A DNA stretch of 64,000 nucleotides. Source: Mayamaea pseudoterrestris. Lineage: Eukaryota. The notes beneath the pieces are model-generated. The model was not told the origin of the DNA, ran no database searches, and saw only the letters and a list, made by a program, of their open reading frames with translations. Position numbers and translations under genes: made by a program. Below are positions 24,016 through 34,549 of this stretch, one piece after another. Numbering within the stretch: position 1 is the stretch's first letter; each line of letters opens with the position of its first letter. Location: positions 186,001-250,000 of the forward strand of contig BROI01000022.1 of assembly GCA_027923505.1 (NCBI GenBank). The letters run 5' to 3'.

Positions 24016-24381
24016 CGAATCGCGCAGTAGTTGAAACATGTCGGCCACATCTGCTTATCGATAAACATTAATTAAGCTAATTTGACATGTCTTGCTTCGC
24101 ACCCAGCACACTACAAGTAGCTACACTTGACAACATTAAGCTTAGTGTAGTGTGATACATTACACCGCACCCCATTTCTTAAAAAAACCGCAGAGGAGAC
24201 ACAATCGTCGGCGACCATCGTGTCGTGCTGCTGCATCATAATGCACCCATTCACCACCCGTACCGAACAATCTAAAGCATATCAGCGCCGGCGATAGGCA
24301 CGTCGAGGCCGTGTTGAAATTTAAAGTATCTTAAAAGTAATGCCAGGGAAATGCCATTTCCCTTTGCTCTTGACAAAGCAA

Positions 24382-25310
24382 TCACGACAATGGCTCGACG
24401 CCGTCATACGAACGATACGACGACTGTCGCTGATCTAATTCCAAATCAATGTCCATCTTCTCCTCCTCCACGCCCTGCTGTTGCCGCCGTTGCTTGATTG
24501 GAGCTTTTTCCTGTGATCGACGCAAAGCTTCCTGTAAGAACTTTTCATCCTAGTAGTATTGACATAAAAGTAGTGTTGCGACAGGGTGTGAGTTGCCGGG
24601 CGAGTCTGTCAACGAAACGTCACAACCATTACATCTTTCATACATACCTCCTGCAATGTTGAGGGCGCCTCGACAGATTCCAAATAGGTGAGCGGCTGCC
24701 TTGGAATATTCGCAGACAACGGCGCGTGTGTAGTAGCTTGTAATGTCGGTGCAGCTGTACAAGTAGTCGAGCGACTATAAACGTACGCCGACACTCCAAC
24801 TTGTTGCAACTTTGGCAGCTTGAAAAATGAGCATCCATCAATGATCAGGTCGTACTGTTTACGATTGTGCTCCGGCATGGCTGCGTAGCCGATAAACTGC
24901 AAGTGTAATTGGCGACTGGAAGGCGTCGGTGAAGCTGGCGGACCAGCGGCAGCGTCGCTTGGCAGACGAAATGTCCAGGAAACATTCACAGCCTTTTTCA
25001 TATTCGTTTTGCTAGAATTGATGACTTTCTCCTCGCTATCAAGATGCACTGGAATAATCTTGTCGTTGATTGTTATGCGCAGCTTTCCGGAACGAACGCT
25101 CCAAACAGCAGTGACTAAATGTTCCTCTCCGCAGCAAGCAATTCCTTGAAGACCCTGCTTCAGTGACGCTCCATCAGCTAGTCCAAACTTGTATGACAGG
25201 ACTCTCTTGGAACTAGCAATATGCTTGCCTTTTTCAACATAGGAAAAGGAAACTTGATACGGAAAGGTCGGCATCATGGTCATCTTTGCGGTTGCTATAG
25301 CTTCTTCCAT
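24382..25310 (-). CDS. Hypothetical protein with a weakly FAIM-like beta-rich domain; 2 exons
   Basis: EHLVTAVWSVRSGKLRITIND and QYDLIIDGCSFF. Predicted intron 24532-24647 (gtatgt...ttacag on minus) joins LQE|EALRRSQEK; stop at 24382-24384. Confidence 0.55.
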
Positions 25311-25487
25311 TCGCTGAAATCGCTGATTCACCTCTTCATGACAGGGCAGAGTTGCTAATAGTAGATCGTGGTCAATTGTGAGCCCATAACGTACTTCATT
25401 GCAGCGTACTTGTACCGCTATGAGATGCGCCAATTGCTGTGGTCATGCAACTGCTTGTTTCTTGACGGCTTTGGCATTTGTTTCAAA

Positions 25488-25888
25488 ATACTATTGCCTA
25501 ATGACGTAGTTTTCACTGGCACCCGTTTCATACTATTGCCTACTGACGTAGTTTTCACTGGCACTCGTTTCGTATATTATAGCCTTGTGACGCTGTTTTC
25601 ACTGGCACTCGTTTCGTACTATTGCCTCATGACGTAATTGACACTAACACTCGTTTCGTACTACTGCCTTATGACGGTGTTTTCACTGGCATTCGTTTCG
25701 AACTATTGCCTCGTGACGTAATTGACACTGGCATCCGTTTTGTACTATTGCCTCATGACGTAATTGACACTGGCACTCGTTTCGTACTATTGCCTCATGA
25801 CGTAATTGACACTGGCACTCGTTTCGTACTATTGCCTCATGACGTAATTGAAACTGGCACTCGTTTCGTACTATTGCCTCATGACGTA
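25488..25888 (-). repeat. 42-bp minisatellite array, family A, reverse orientation, about 9.5 units
   Basis: tactattgcctcatgacgtaattgacactggcactcgtttcg repeated; reverse complement of the 6075 array. Confidence 0.95.
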
Positions 25889-26737
25889 AGATATCAGGAA
25901 TGCTGCACGTCGCGACCACCATGGAGTTTTTCTTCCGCTGCTTCGCACAACACGAGAGCTGTTGGTTTCTCGACGCGTGTCTCATGCATACAGAGCATTT
26001 AGACACTGCCGCCATGTCGGAGATGGCGATGCACTGCAATTCTTTGCCGCTGCCTCCTATCGCTTTCGTAACCGCAAGCGACCGTCCTTTCATCTTTCAT
26101 CTTATCTAATATTTCAATGATCATTTCTTCGTTCAAGTCATTACACAACAAATCAAACCAAAGTCGGAATATTGTCAATACACACTCACGAACAGTTGCT
26201 CCACGGGTGTCATGTATTAATTTACAGGAATGAACTCCCTTAAAAGCGAGGTTCGCAAGCACCTTCCAGCGAGCAATTCCTATTTCGAATAAAACTACCA
26301 AAGACAGAATCGACAGCCGATCAAAAGATTGCAGAAATTTCGAGGAATAAAGTCATGTATGGAGGAGCTGGACTGTTAAGATGGAGTGACGACTGCCGGA
26401 GTCGAAAGTGATGCGATGACGCGATACGCGATGGTGATCCGGTGCAAAGTTGCAACTGCCTGGGATACAGAATAATCCATGGTCGACAGTGCAACGATAG
26501 CAACTGCAAACGACGACCTTTCTGCGATCGAATGGCTGGAGCTATCGTTGGTGGCTCCTTGAATATACTGTTAGTGACGAAGGATCGCAGGGCATATTGA
26601 CAATTGACGTCGACAGCTAATCCAGCGATGAGATTCGCTGCTGTAACACAACAAGAGCGTAAAACAGATCTTTCAATTATTCGTTGTACTTGTGCAGAGT
26701 CCATTTTCTTTGTACAGCACGACATTGTTCCTCGACC

Positions 26738-27691
26738 TTACCAGAGAAGGGGTATGATTGCTTTTCTCTGTCCTGGATACCGCTTGCCATCGTCGTCATT
26801 ATCCTTTCCGTAATGACTCACGCCAAACGTTGCACGATACCATGCATGGTGCGCCAGTGCCCGCGGCACGAGGTTCGCCGCCGTAAAGACAGCCAGCGAA
26901 ACGCTAGCGACGGATCCTTGGTTCAGCAAGGCAAACCCAGTCCACTCGAGTATTTCGCCAAGAAAGTGCGGAGCCGTCACATATTCAAACATGCCGCCTC
27001 GAGGAATCTTGTATCGATGAATACCACTTGGAGATGCGAATGCTGTTGTTGTTGACGTTGTCGTCGTAGTCGACCGTCGTAATGATCGAAGAATGGCGTC
27101 CGAGTGAAGGTTCATCGCAGCTCCAGCTACAAACAAGGCGATTCCGCACCAAAACATGGGATGGTAAATGTAATCATTCGGTACTGGGCGAAATAGACAG
27201 ACGGATCGAGCTTGTAGACTGTTATGTGAAAAACGATTCAAATGAGCATATGAATTCAAAAGTTGCATATGCGACCAATATATCCATTCGCACAAGCCAA
27301 CTTACTATCCATTAATGAAGCAGTATGCCATGGCCGAAACAGCCATGAGCAATGGCAATCGTTGACTCGACTTGCTCATTAGCATTGGATATATGATGGT
27401 TCGTTGTATGTAGTGCAGCACAAACAGCAATAACAGCAATGAGCTGAGTGCGTTAGGTGGCGGTGAATCTTTCCAGCATATCCAAGCCCAAAGTAGATTC
27501 GGCGATTCAAAGACAAACCATGATATTCTTGGAGGAAGGATAGGCCTGGCCCACCATTTATTCGTTGTTGTCTTTCCCCATGGCGCCTTGAGCCAAAGGC
27601 AGGCGACAAACACAAGTGGCGACGACAAGAGAATGCTCCAGGAGATTCGATCATGCAGTCGTTCTTCGGCCGAGAGACTCAACCCAAACAT
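26738..27691 (-). CDS. 3-oxo-5-alpha-steroid 4-dehydrogenase (SRD5A/DET2 family); 2 exons
   Basis: ISWFVFESP, HYIQRTIIYP, NLHSDAILRSLR, YKIPRGGMFEYVTAPHFLGEILEWTGFA, NLVPRALAHHAWY, YPGQRKAIIP. Intron 27219-27305 restores NGYLQAR. Confidence 0.92.
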
Positions 27692-27836
27692 TGTTATCCT
27701 GCTGCTATTATAATTTTGAAGAGTCAATAGAGCATATAAGGGAACAGAGTCGTCGACCAAGCAGTATAAACGGCGAGGGTGACCGATGGATGCATGCGAA
27801 AGAAATTGGTCGAGGAGCAACGCGATTCCAGGAGAA

Positions 27837-28072
27837 CAATTACGTCAAAAGGCAATAGTACGAAACGAGTGCCAGTGTCAATTACGTCATAAGGCAATAT
27901 TATGAAACGAGTGCCAGTGAAAACTACGTCACGAGGTTATAGTATGAAACGAGTGCCAGTGAAAACTGCGTCACAAAGGCTATATTGTGAAACGAGTGCC
28001 AGTGAAAACTGCGTCATCAAGGCATAAGTACGAAACGAGTGCCAGTGTCAATTACGTCACAAGAACGAGTGC
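27837..28072 (+). repeat. 42-bp minisatellite array, family A, about 5.5 units
   Basis: Same consensus as the 6075 array; lies between the divergent reductase and oxygenase genes. Confidence 0.95.
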
Positions 28073-28126
28073 ATTTCGCTCGTGATTCTACCGCCATTCG
28101 TTATTCGTTCCGCGCGACGAGCAACC

Positions 28127-29188
28127 ATGACGGCTACTATACGAGGCTCCCCCACTCTCTTCCTGGAACCAACGGCTCGGTTTTCTGTTCTTCACATTCA
28201 TAGAGATGACTTGGGTGCAAAAGTATCCGTAGGAAAGCAAGAAGCGAGACGAGAGCTTCTTCCACACGTCCCTGTCATTCGGCTCGACGACCTTTTGCTT
28301 CACTCTCATCGATCAAGTACGGAATGTGTACAAGAACAACTGCATCACGCGTTGTCAACGCAAGGTTTCTGCTTGATAGTGACTTCCAAGCATAGTCAAC
28401 CTGCTCGACTCGTTAATGAGCTCCGAACGTCCCTGACGCGCGACCTCTTTCCACAAGACTTTCAACCTGCTACTCATTTGCAGCAGTCTGAATCAATATA
28501 CATTAGTGAGCGTGACGTTCCCATGTATCGACTGGGATATGAGCTTTGCGAAGACAACGTACGGCAGCAGTATCGAATAGCTGCCGGCCGACCGGATGAA
28601 CAGCCATGGCCGTCGATTGAATCGAGACGCATCTGGCTGCAATCATTGGGATTGATGCGACACGTTACCGACGCTGCTTTGGAACTTTTATTGAAACGGG
28701 AGGTGCAAACACGTAGCCAAGCTGCCTCCTCATCCCTTCCTTCGATGCGCTCGCGTCCATACTCCAGCGCTTCCGCCTGGCGCAATGATAGGTACGCGAG
28801 TTCGAACGTGCACTCGCTGAATGATCGGCCACAAGACTTTTCAGTACTCTATGCCATGCACTACTTTGGACGATCACTCGATGACACGAACGGCATTGCC
28901 GTCAAGCAGCACGTTGATCCGTCGCTGCTGGTGCTAGAGCCTTTCCTTTGTCCAAACGTTTGCGGTCTACAGGTTTGGGATAGAACTCTACAAACGTGGA
29001 TGGACTGTGACGGACCTGACTCGCCCATGCATGCGTTTCCAAACGAGCATGTCATGCTGCTCTTTGTCGGCAAGGGATTGCAGGTGCATTTGCCTGAGTT
29101 GGAGGCGACGTTACACCGCGTCGTGTCGAGCAATGGGCGAGCCCGTCGAACTGTGATTTACGAACAAAAGTACGGGGTATTTTATTGA
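28127..29188 (+). CDS. 2OG-Fe(II) dioxygenase-like protein (IPNS-like fold)
   Basis: ALSTQGFCLI, HVD metal motif (KQHVDPSLL), GLQVWD, TLHRVV and distal R; first ATG at 28127. Confidence 0.7.
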   Translation: MTATIRGSPTLFLEPTARFSVLHIHRDDLGAKVSVGKQEARRELLPHVPVIRLDDLLLHSHRSSTECVQEQLHHALSTQGFCLIVTSKHSQPARLVNELRTSLTRDLFPQDFQPATHLQQSESIYISERDVPMYRLGYELCEDNVRQQYRIAAGRPDEQPWPSIESRRIWLQSLGLMRHVTDAALELLLKREVQTRSQAASSSLPSMRSRPYSSASAWRNDRYASSNVHSLNDRPQDFSVLYAMHYFGRSLDDTNGIAVKQHVDPSLLVLEPFLCPNVCGLQVWDRTLQTWMDCDGPDSPMHAFPNEHVMLLFVGKGLQVHLPELEATLHRVVSSNGRARRTVIYEQKYGVFY

Positions 29189-29266
29189 ATGTACGGTAAA
29201 GTTGATTCACATATTCAAATGAGACTGAGATTTTAATATGAATGTTTCTCATGCGAATCCCTTTGA

Positions 29267-29797
29267 TCAATCCCATCCTGCACCAGCAATGACAATGTCA
29301 TCAAACTCCCCCATAATGTTGTTGTACTCATCGCCAATGTCCCGGGTCCACTGCAGCCTGGCAGTCGCGGCTTTCAATTGTAAGCTAGAACAGCTGTATC
29401 TTGGCTTGGCCTTGATGGCGGAACGCTGAGATGGTGGTTCTGTGTAGGATACTCGGCGGCGTCGTGGCTTAATACTTGTTGCGAGGCATTCGTCTATAGC
29501 AGCAAAATTGACGACCGATGGTCGTTTCTGTGGGTTACTGTTGTCGAGCAACTGGCTTGACGAAAGATCGTCATTTGCGGAAGACTCGCTGGCCGTGAAG
29601 GAACTCAGCGACACTTTGCGTGGCGAAGAGCAGCCGCGACTGCCAGCATCTTCGCCGAGGACCATTTTGAAGTGAATGTCACCTTGCTGTGTTTCATATT
29701 TCGAATGAGAGTTTATGCTTGCTGATCGGTCGAGATTTTTTGGGCTGGATAAGCCAAACTCCGTAACGGACCGCCGTACTCGTTGAAGAAACCTCAT
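29267..29797 (-). CDS. Hypothetical Ser-rich protein
   Basis: Open ORF occupying an otherwise empty interval; no motif recognised. Confidence 0.45.
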   Translation of the reverse strand: MRFLQRVRRSVTEFGLSSPKNLDRSASINSHSKYETQQGDIHFKMVLGEDAGSRGCSSPRKVSLSSFTASESSANDDLSSSQLLDNSNPQKRPSVVNFAAIDECLATSIKPRRRRVSYTEPPSQRSAIKAKPRYSCSSLQLKAATARLQWTRDIGDEYNNIMGEFDDIVIAGAGWD

Positions 29798-30309
29798 GAT
29801 GCAATGCTTCCAATTTGTGAGCCGCGAGAGCAATCTATCCGTGTGACGAATGCTGGGCACGACATATTTTTTGTAAATTGTCTTGAATATTCCAAAATGT
29901 CCATGCAGTCTCTGATCGATCAGTCATGCCTATGACATTCAATAACAAAAGATAGCGACGATTAGGCTTATCAAAAGCACGATCTGATTTGCCAGCCTTT
30001 TATTCAATATAGCCTATGCCGGATCAAATGCAACGTATGCGCCAGGCGTGTCACGCCCCGTTGCTTCACTACTTGTCGTATCCAGTCACACATGACAGCC
30101 AATCACCGTAGAATGACTCTTTTGGGCAATTGAAACCCTTCGCGATGCAGCCCTGATTGGGAATAAAGTGAATTTCGATCGTGTCGTAGCATTGCTATTC
30201 GATTTAAGCATTGAAATGTACAAACGTCTCGGAGCTTTCCAATATCCTTCCATTTGCATTCAAGAAACCGTTCAAACCATTGATCAACACTCGCATTCAG
30301 TTGTAAGCC

Positions 30310-31419
30310 ATGAAGATCCGCGTCAAAGTCAGTCGCAGTCAACTGCAGGAGATGATGATGAAAGACCACGAAGAAAGAGATGTTTTGCTGCGAAAGCTAT
30401 ATCATGATGCAACCGATCAAACGGTCTGTATGGATCACGAATCTCTCGATTCATCAGTCATTGATCCATCTTCAAGTAGAGTTGCTGGCGACAAGTCAAA
30501 TCGACAAACACTGAAGCGAAGCAGCTCACTTCGACGACTTCTACTTCGACGAGACATCAAGAGCCACGAAGAAGTGCAAACCATTCACACTTATAGTGCA
30601 AAGGATTGTAACGATCGTCGAGTCTTTGGTCGAAGTGGGTCATTAAAGGTCCTCGTCGCCCGCAAGAATAGCAGCGACGATGTCTTTCAGGATCAACCAG
30701 CTACTCGACGAAGCAGTATTCGACGACGAAAAAGCAGCAGGAAGCTAAATGAAACGTCCAACGACACTCAAATAAAACGCAGCATGGAAGATCAGACGCG
30801 GACCAAGCCTCGACGCAGCGCTAGCAAAAGTCGGCCGTCGCGAGAAAATACACCGAGGGCGCGTTCCAAGGTTCGATCGTCGCCAAAATCAAAAACCCGC
30901 GTTCCATCTCCCAAAACACCAAAGACACCTGTCACGCCCAATTCGAGCAGTAAAACCAGGCGATCACTCCGATCCAGAAGCTTCAGCCTCCTGACGCCCA
31001 AGCTAGCCATGCCGTTGTTCCAACAGCGCGAGCAGGAGAAGGAGCAGGAGCAAGACGACGATTTAGAATTGTTCATGCAGGAATCCTTTTCGCCCATAAG
31101 AGAGCTTGATGAGTTGCTCGCAAGCAAGTCTCCGGCCAAGCTTATTCAGTCGCAGATGCAGCGACCTTCTCACGGTACTCCCTCATGCTCTACCACCAGC
31201 AGTAGCGACGCATTGGTAAACTCCCGGCACGGAGCCTTGGCGCATGTCACGACCGGCCGGGAAAAGCCAAGCCGCACAATTGGCCGGTCCAAGAGTTGTC
31301 AGCATCACGGTGAAGACAGCACACATACAACATCATCAGACATTCTCAATGCATATGATTACATCATGGAGGAGTCGCTTGACGTGAGGTCGATTCTCGA
31401 TATTAATACTGGATGGTAA
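30310..31419 (+). CDS. Hypothetical basic S/R/K-rich protein
   Basis: 369-aa uninterrupted low-complexity ORF. Confidence 0.65.
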   Translation: MKIRVKVSRSQLQEMMMKDHEERDVLLRKLYHDATDQTVCMDHESLDSSVIDPSSSRVAGDKSNRQTLKRSSSLRRLLLRRDIKSHEEVQTIHTYSAKDCNDRRVFGRSGSLKVLVARKNSSDDVFQDQPATRRSSIRRRKSSRKLNETSNDTQIKRSMEDQTRTKPRRSASKSRPSRENTPRARSKVRSSPKSKTRVPSPKTPKTPVTPNSSSKTRRSLRSRSFSLLTPKLAMPLFQQREQEKEQEQDDDLELFMQESFSPIRELDELLASKSPAKLIQSQMQRPSHGTPSCSTTSSSDALVNSRHGALAHVTTGREKPSRTIGRSKSCQHHGEDSTHTTSSDILNAYDYIMEESLDVRSILDINTGW

Positions 31420-31504
31420 ATGGCACAGTTGGTAGTCTATGGAAGCGATATCAACTGAAAATAATAATTTGCTCTTGTAAACCATGCCATAGCAAGTGCG
31501 CATG

Positions 31505-34327
31505 CTAAAGTTCTTCTTCGTCTTCATCGTCTTCGTCACCTGCTTCATCCGTGTCAGCATCAACTTTCGGCTCGTCATCCGGAACAACGTGCACGCGTCG
31601 CAGTAGACGCTTTGTCGTAGACACTTGCTCTTCTGCCAATACGTGGTCGCTTACTGGCACTGGTAGCTTGTAGGATGCATCATTTGGCCGCCAATGTCGA
31701 CCAGCCCAGCTCATCAGCAGGGCCGAGTCGCGCGGAGGAAACGCTTGCGTGTACTGGTCCTGGATGCGCTCCACATTGAGTGCATTTACATCCGCAACAT
31801 ACACTGTCGCAGCCAGTCGCATCTCCTTGTTGGGTCGGTAATCGACGGATGATGTCGCGTGATAGGCATCATCGCCCATCATGGCGGCCATGCCGTACTG
31901 GTATTTTAAACGACCGACAGGTGTCGTCCCATCCGGCGCTGGTGGCCACTGCTGCAGGTCAAGCTCTGGACCGGTATCATTTGCCAAGAGCAGTGGAATG
32001 ATAATGTTGTAAGTCTTAGCTTGCGTTCTCGTTACGTCGTGATGTAAATAACCTTTAATGGCCTGTGAGACGGCGATGAATGTGACATGAAAGGCAACCA
32101 ACCCGTCCATTTGCAATTGCTCGCCAACACCGCGGAGCATTTCGTCAAATCCCGACGCTCCAAGAGCCTGCAGGTAATCTTCATGCGCCGGGTGTCCAGC
32201 TGGAGACAGCCAGTGCAAATCCGAGTGCCAATTCTTGCCGGGTCGTTGCAGATACCATCGCTCCTTGTTCACCGTCAGAAACATGTCGTCGTCAGGTAGT
32301 AAACCATTGCCATCACTCGTCACATGCTTTAAAATGTCGTAAATGCCAGTCTTATTACAATAGTCAAGCAAGCCAAGACGCACACGCTCAGAAATACCCA
32401 ATATGTATGCGTTTGGCGTCACCACAGATCCAGTATCCTTCCATCGAATATGTTCCATGTGTCCCGGCGGAAGATATGATGGTACGATAAAGTCGCCAGT
32501 TGGATTAGGATCCTGTGCGGCCCATGCTTCGGGATAAAGGCCATTTGGTACACCAACCGCGTGTCGAAAGGCATTCGGACTATACGCGTCGTCGTAGTAT
32601 GCCTTGTGCATTACTCGAATAGCCGTCGCAGGAACGTGGACGACACCAACTGAGTCGACGCGTTGATTGTCATCGGATAGTTTACATGTTGAAGGCGTGC
32701 CCATGTTATCTAGCTCGCGAACCATTACTTTGTATGCAGACCCATCACCATTCGATTTCTGCGTCCGCTCCAAAACATCGCAAGGTCGTAGGCAGCCGTA
32801 GTTTTCACTAGTCCAAACAACGTTGCCATTACTATCCGTTATTTCCTCAACCTCGTCCGACGAAGAGTGACCAAAGTAACATGCAGTCTGTAGATTCTGT
32901 GGATACGGATTGCTAGCTTGCTCGTCCAGGGTTCGAATAAGTGTACCATCCAATGCATGCTCCGCCGCAAATGCTAGCGGATCAACTTGGTCATTCAACT
33001 GCAACTGTCGAAGCTTCTCTTCGTATTGCTCGGCATGCTTGTCAAACGCCTTGGCCCAGTCGTCTCCGTAATCCAGCAAGACTTCCTCGTTTGGTAAAAT
33101 GTCTCGCGTTGCTATCACATTCACAACAAGCATTTCGTCTAGCGCCAATGGTTTTGCAAACAGTTCCATGGGTCGGATGGAATGTAAATGCGGTGCTTGC
33201 ATCGTGGTGGACCATTCGAGTCGAGCATTGGAGGTATATTGCGGCGTTGACGCGTGATTGAGCATGGAGACGGCTGGTTGTAGCGGCAGCAACAAGACAT
33301 TGGAAGCATTCGAGGCGAAGCAGTAATTCAACAGCAATTGATATCCAACTCCGCGAGTGTTTTGGTATCGAACGCTATGAGCGGTTCGGGTTGAAAATGC
33401 TGCAACCGAGTCAGCCGTCTCCATTCCATAATACTGTTGTTCAACCCGCTCAATTTGTGATTGATCAAAGTGCAAGACTGGCGACGACTCAATAACTTGA
33501 CCAGCCTGAAAGTGTCTTGTCGCAAACGATCCACTTCCAGCTTTTAGAATGGAGGATGGCTGAATCTTTAGTGCATTCGACAAGCAAATTGCCGACTCTT
33601 GCAAATGAAGCGTGCTCAAAACTTTTCGCTTGAGCGCCGAAACAAGGCTCGAATCATCAACGTCCGAATCACATGGCAATACAAGTTCCTCTCCAGCCCA
33701 GAGGTTCGTCGTCGCCGTGAATCCGTTTGTTTTGGGCGCATTGGCAAGAAGGTTTGTAGTCGCCGTGAAGCCGTTTGTTTTGGGTGCAAGTGAATGGTAG
33801 ATGAAGCTTCCAGCTGATGCATCTCGCATCGTGACATTGACTCGATCTCTCGTCACAATGTCATGTTTCATACCAGGATCTTCGTCATTTAAACTCTCAC
33901 TCCATGGCGCTTGAACATTGCTAAAGTGAAATGAGCAAACCATCATTGACGCTAGTCCAGTTGTGAGTAAATCGGTTCTGTATTGGTTCTCCAAAAGCAA
34001 TCCGGATTCACTCCGTAGCAAAGCGTCCAATTGCTTGTTTCCATAAGTCTGCATGAATCCATGCCATGGACTCCATTCATTCTTATTGGCGTCTGCAACG
34101 GGTAGAATCAATACAGACTCGCTTGCATTTGCAATGGTTGATCCTTGTCGAATGGCACGAGCCGAATAAAGACCGAGACGGCCGGGACGGACGGATGATT
34201 CCGCCAGGTAGAATGAGCAGTCATCTTCTGCTTTTGTAAGTGAAAACTTCAGTAGTAATAAGGAGAGAGAGACTGACCAATGGCAAGGTCGTCGTCTCGT
34301 CGCTGGAGAAGGAACGGTAGTCGCCAT
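31505..34327 (-). CDS. Secretory double SET-domain protein with a C-terminal 2OG-Fe(II)-like domain and EEL terminus
   Basis: Signal-like SLSLLLLKFSLTKA; degenerate SET1 (CSFYLAESS...GLYSAR); SET2 (SSILKAGSGSFATR, LLLNYCF, MLNHAS, IATRDILPNEEVLLDYG); FRHAVGVP motif; then HHD...YHAT...MRLAATVY; ends DEDEEEL. Confidence 0.8.
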   Translation of the reverse strand: MATTVPSPATRRRPCHWSVSLSLLLLKFSLTKAEDDCSFYLAESSVRPGRLGLYSARAIRQGSTIANASESVLILPVADANKNEWSPWHGFMQTYGNKQLDALLRSESGLLLENQYRTDLLTTGLASMMVCSFHFSNVQAPWSESLNDEDPGMKHDIVTRDRVNVTMRDASAGSFIYHSLAPKTNGFTATTNLLANAPKTNGFTATTNLWAGEELVLPCDSDVDDSSLVSALKRKVLSTLHLQESAICLSNALKIQPSSILKAGSGSFATRHFQAGQVIESSPVLHFDQSQIERVEQQYYGMETADSVAAFSTRTAHSVRYQNTRGVGYQLLLNYCFASNASNVLLLPLQPAVSMLNHASTPQYTSNARLEWSTTMQAPHLHSIRPMELFAKPLALDEMLVVNVIATRDILPNEEVLLDYGDDWAKAFDKHAEQYEEKLRQLQLNDQVDPLAFAAEHALDGTLIRTLDEQASNPYPQNLQTACYFGHSSSDEVEEITDSNGNVVWTSENYGCLRPCDVLERTQKSNGDGSAYKVMVRELDNMGTPSTCKLSDDNQRVDSVGVVHVPATAIRVMHKAYYDDAYSPNAFRHAVGVPNGLYPEAWAAQDPNPTGDFIVPSYLPPGHMEHIRWKDTGSVVTPNAYILGISERVRLGLLDYCNKTGIYDILKHVTSDGNGLLPDDDMFLTVNKERWYLQRPGKNWHSDLHWLSPAGHPAHEDYLQALGASGFDEMLRGVGEQLQMDGLVAFHVTFIAVSQAIKGYLHHDVTRTQAKTYNIIIPLLLANDTGPELDLQQWPPAPDGTTPVGRLKYQYGMAAMMGDDAYHATSSVDYRPNKEMRLAATVYVADVNALNVERIQDQYTQAFPPRDSALLMSWAGRHWRPNDASYKLPVPVSDHVLAEEQVSTTKRLLRRVHVVPDDEPKVDADTDEAGDEDDEDEEEL

Positions 34328-34549
34328 GGTGATGGACGATGGACTGCCATTGTCACGCTCACCTCAACTCGCTCACTGCTTGGGCGCGTGCTGATATATG
34401 ATGGTGGCTGGCCCGATGCGACATGAGGCTCGCCCGGCTTGCTCGCCAAAAGCGTCACGCACCTCCGCACCTCCGCACCTCGCACCTCGTCGCACCTCGG
34501 CATGTGGATTGTGCCAACAAGCCAACAGGATTTATCACAAACCTCCATC
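34328..34549. promoter_or_regulatory. Bidirectional promoter between the two SET genes, with (c)gcacctc repeats
   Basis: 222 bp between divergent ATGs; five gcacctc units at about 34458-34498. Confidence 0.55.

Noticed and set aside
25368..26093. ORFs with LLPHDVIDTGTRFV or RHEAIVRNECQ repeats (also 5964-6218)
   Set aside because: They are translations of the 42-bp minisatellite; other units carry frameshifting indels, so there is no sign of coding constraint.
26738..29188. Steroid reductase plus 2OG oxygenase as a biosynthetic gene cluster
   Set aside because: Only two divergent genes with no scaffold-forming enzyme nearby; adjacency alone is insufficient.
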